From the NCBI GenBank assembly GCA_011046235.1, contig DSAX01000105.1:1-36523 (forward strand): a stretch of DNA of 36,523 bases, read 5' to 3'. The notes beneath the pieces are model-generated. The model made no database searches. It saw nothing but the letters and a program-made list of their open reading frames with translations, and was not told the DNA's origin. A program made the position numbers and the translations under genes. Source of the DNA: Methanobacteriota archaeon (GTDB lineage Archaea; Thermoplasmatota; Thermoplasmata; UBA10834; DTMW01). Shown one piece after another: positions 34,698-36,523 of the stretch (the first letter of the stretch is position 1; every line of letters begins with the position of its first letter).

Positions 34698-35186
34698 TCA
34701 TTTCAACTTGATCAGGTCACCGAGAGTCACTCCCTGCGAGTACGCCCTTTTCTCGGGGCTCTTGACCTCTCCGATCTGCTCCTTCAGCGTAATGCCCAGC
34801 TCCTTCTCCAGCTTCTTAATGAGCTTGTCATCCGGCCGGAGAACGCCCTTCTCGAGGCTGTTTATTACCGATTGCTTCTCGTTAATGCGCGCAGCGAGCT
34901 CCTTCTGGGTCAAGTTCTTCGAATTTCGTGCCCTGATTATCCGAATCGAAAAATCTTCCACGAGCATTTCGGACATGCCCTGGCTATCGAACACATCCCG
35001 ATAGGTTTTCCTCTTTTCCATCATCTGGATTCTGCTTGCAACGATCGGAGGAGTCTTTTTCTCCTCGGCCTTTTTCTTCACCTCGTCGCCGAACTTGGAG
35101 CATTTGGAGCAAACGCTCATGACCGTTCCCTCAATACGAATCTTTCGGGTTGACGGAACCTTCTGGCCACACATTTCGCATTGCAT
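34698..35186 (-). CDS. mbf1: archaeal multiprotein bridging factor 1 (aMBF1; zinc ribbon plus XRE-type HTH)
   Basis: N-terminal zinc ribbon MQCEMCG...CSKCSKFG and HTH IRARNSKNLTQKELAARINEKQSVINSLEKG. I chose the ATG at 35186 (leaderless spacing to the TATA box). GTG at 35195 is also possible. Confidence 0.85.
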   Translation of the reverse strand: MQCEMCGQKVPSTRKIRIEGTVMSVCSKCSKFGDEVKKKAEEKKTPPIVASRIQMMEKRKTYRDVFDSQGMSEMLVEDFSIRIIRARNSKNLTQKELAARINEKQSVINSLEKGVLRPDDKLIKKLEKELGITLKEQIGEVKSPEKRAYSQGVTLGDLIKLK

Positions 35187-35205
35187 TTCGCTCACTCAGT
35201 AAACG

Positions 35206-35232
35206 ATAAATAGCCCGACTTGGCTATATAGA
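35206..35232. promoter_or_regulatory. compact bidirectional promoter: back-to-back TATA boxes for mbf1 (minus, TATTTAT) and pan (plus, CTATATAG)
   Basis: ATAAATA at 35206-35212 is centred about 23 nt from the mbf1 ATG. CTATATAGA at 35224-35232 lies about 45 nt upstream of the pan TTG, which carries GAGGTG with a 7-nt spacer. Confidence 0.45.
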
Positions 35233-35272
35233 TTGTTGATTTACGAACAGATGCCAGAAGAGGTGTCCAGCT

Positions 35273-36496
35273 TTGGAAACTGAAGAAGCAACCGAATTGA
35301 ACGAAGACACTATCGAGGAATATCTAAAGCGTATTTCTATGCTCGAGGAGCGCAACCTGGAGCTAGTCGAGGAGACGAGACGTGTCGAGGGCGAGAAGCG
35401 CTTCATCGAGGGCGAGCTCCTCAGGATACAGAAGGAGCTCAAGCGGCTTAAGGCGGAGCTGGAGAGGCTCAAGGCGCCCCCGCTCATCATCGGGCAGATA
35501 AAGGACGTACTGGCCGACGGGCGGGTGGTCGTAAAGAGCTCCACCGGGCCGGACTTCATCGTCAACATATCGGACTACGTGCCCAAGGAGAACATCGAGG
35601 TCGGGTCGAGAGTCGCGCTGAACAAGCAGACACTCGCGGTCATGGGCGTTCTGCCGCCCTCCCTGGATCCGATCGTTGTCGGAGCCGAGATAATCGACAA
35701 GCCAGACACATCATACGGGGACATAGGCGGGCTCGAGGAGAACGTCGTGGAGATCAGGGAGGCCATTGAGGACCCCCTGCTCAGGCCTGATCTTTACAAG
35801 AAGGTAGGCATTGAACCGCCGAAGGGGGTGCTTCTGGTCGGACCTCCGGGTACGGGTAAGACGCTCCTTGCCAAGGCGGTTGCTCATCAGACAAAGGCGA
35901 CATTCATCAGGTTTGTCGGGTCTGAGCTCGTCCAGAAGTATATAGGTGAGGGGGCGAGGCTGGTCAGGGAGCTTTTCGACCTCGCGAGATTGAAGGCCCC
36001 CAGCATTGTATTCATTGACGAGCTAGACAGCATAGGGGCGAAGAGGCTCGACATGGCCACCTCCGGGGATCGAGAGGTGCAGAGGACCCTCATGCAGCTG
36101 CTCGCGGAGCTGGACGGTTTCAACCCGCTCGGAGACGTCAAGATCATCGGCGCCACCAACAGGCCGGACATACTCGATGAAGCCCTTCTCAGGCCCGGAA
36201 GATTCGACAGAATCATCGATATTCCGATCCCGAACAGCGATGGCAGGATTCAGATATTCAAGATACATACCAGGAAGATGAACATCGACGACTCCGTCGA
36301 CGCCTCGGAGCTGTCCCACAAGACAGATAACGCGACCGGTGCTGAGATCAAGGCGATCTGCACAGAGGCCGGGATGTTCGCAATCAGGGACAACAGGGAC
36401 ACCGTCACACTCGTGGACTTCGAGAAGGCGATAATCAAGGTCATGCATCACGGAGACGAGATCAAGGGAATGGAATCCGGACCGATGTTCGCCTGA
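35273..36496 (+). CDS. pan: proteasome-activating nucleotidase (PAN; AAA+ ATPase, Rpt homolog)
   Basis: An N-terminal coiled coil, an OB segment GRVVVKSSTGPDFIV, Walker A GPPGTGKTLLAKA, Walker B IVFIDELD, and the C-terminal HbYX-like tail MFA. TTG start with a GAGGTG SD. Confidence 0.95.
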   Translation: METEEATELNEDTIEEYLKRISMLEERNLELVEETRRVEGEKRFIEGELLRIQKELKRLKAELERLKAPPLIIGQIKDVLADGRVVVKSSTGPDFIVNISDYVPKENIEVGSRVALNKQTLAVMGVLPPSLDPIVVGAEIIDKPDTSYGDIGGLEENVVEIREAIEDPLLRPDLYKKVGIEPPKGVLLVGPPGTGKTLLAKAVAHQTKATFIRFVGSELVQKYIGEGARLVRELFDLARLKAPSIVFIDELDSIGAKRLDMATSGDREVQRTLMQLLAELDGFNPLGDVKIIGATNRPDILDEALLRPGRFDRIIDIPIPNSDGRIQIFKIHTRKMNIDDSVDASELSHKTDNATGAEIKAICTEAGMFAIRDNRDTVTLVDFEKAIIKVMHHGDEIKGMESGPMFA

Positions 36497-36523
36497 GACG
36501 GCTCTTCAACGGAACAAGAAACC

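Noticed and set aside
1-36523. CRISPR arrays, IS elements or transposases, integrases, toxin-antitoxin pairs, rRNA or tRNA genes.
   Set aside because: No regularly spaced direct repeats, no terminal inverted repeats flanking a transposase-like ORF, and no recombinase motifs were seen. The intergenic regions are short and are explained by promoters or terminators. This was a visual scan only, so small or degenerate elements could have been missed.

Overview
This window reads as a densely packed archaeal chromosomal segment with about 36 protein genes. The archaeal assignment rests on a thermosome, the proteasome-activating nucleotidase PAN, aMBF1, archease, an A24 prepilin/preflagellin peptidase, TATA-box promoters and several apparently leaderless genes. 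A bacterial-type grpE-dnaK-dnaJ locus and an AGT-endonuclease V fusion suggest a Thermoplasmatota-like euryarchaeon; that placement is inference only.

Gene content is mostly housekeeping:
- Chaperones: thermosome, grpE, dnaK and dnaJ form one same-strand block.
- DNA repair: two endonuclease III family genes and the AGT-EndoV fusion.
- Cofactor metabolism: folP, thiL, panE, nadX.
- Central metabolism: pgk.
- Other: arsM, an HDAC-family deacetylase, an M24 peptidase, a PflX-like radical SAM protein and a non-pyrrolysine MttB-family methyltransferase.

Reading by eye I found no rRNA, tRNA, CRISPR array, transposase or integrase, and no clear defence island or mobile element.

The items most worth a second look are:
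- a four-CBS protein whose C-terminus looks like a bacterial HPF/RaiA ribosome-hibernation domain;
- the AGT-EndoV fusion, which has non-canonical residues in both active-site motifs;
- a LarA-like racemase coupled to a flavin-less CCG/4Fe-4S protein and to an N-terminally extended folP;
- an orphan SBP5-PKD-TM surface protein;
- an orphan MttB homolog followed by two tandem paralogous membrane proteins, one with degenerate polar motifs;
- a YqgF-like nuclease gene trailing the Hsp70 locus.

All family assignments come from motif recognition by eye, not from searches. Many start codons (TTG/GTG versus a downstream ATG) remain uncertain.
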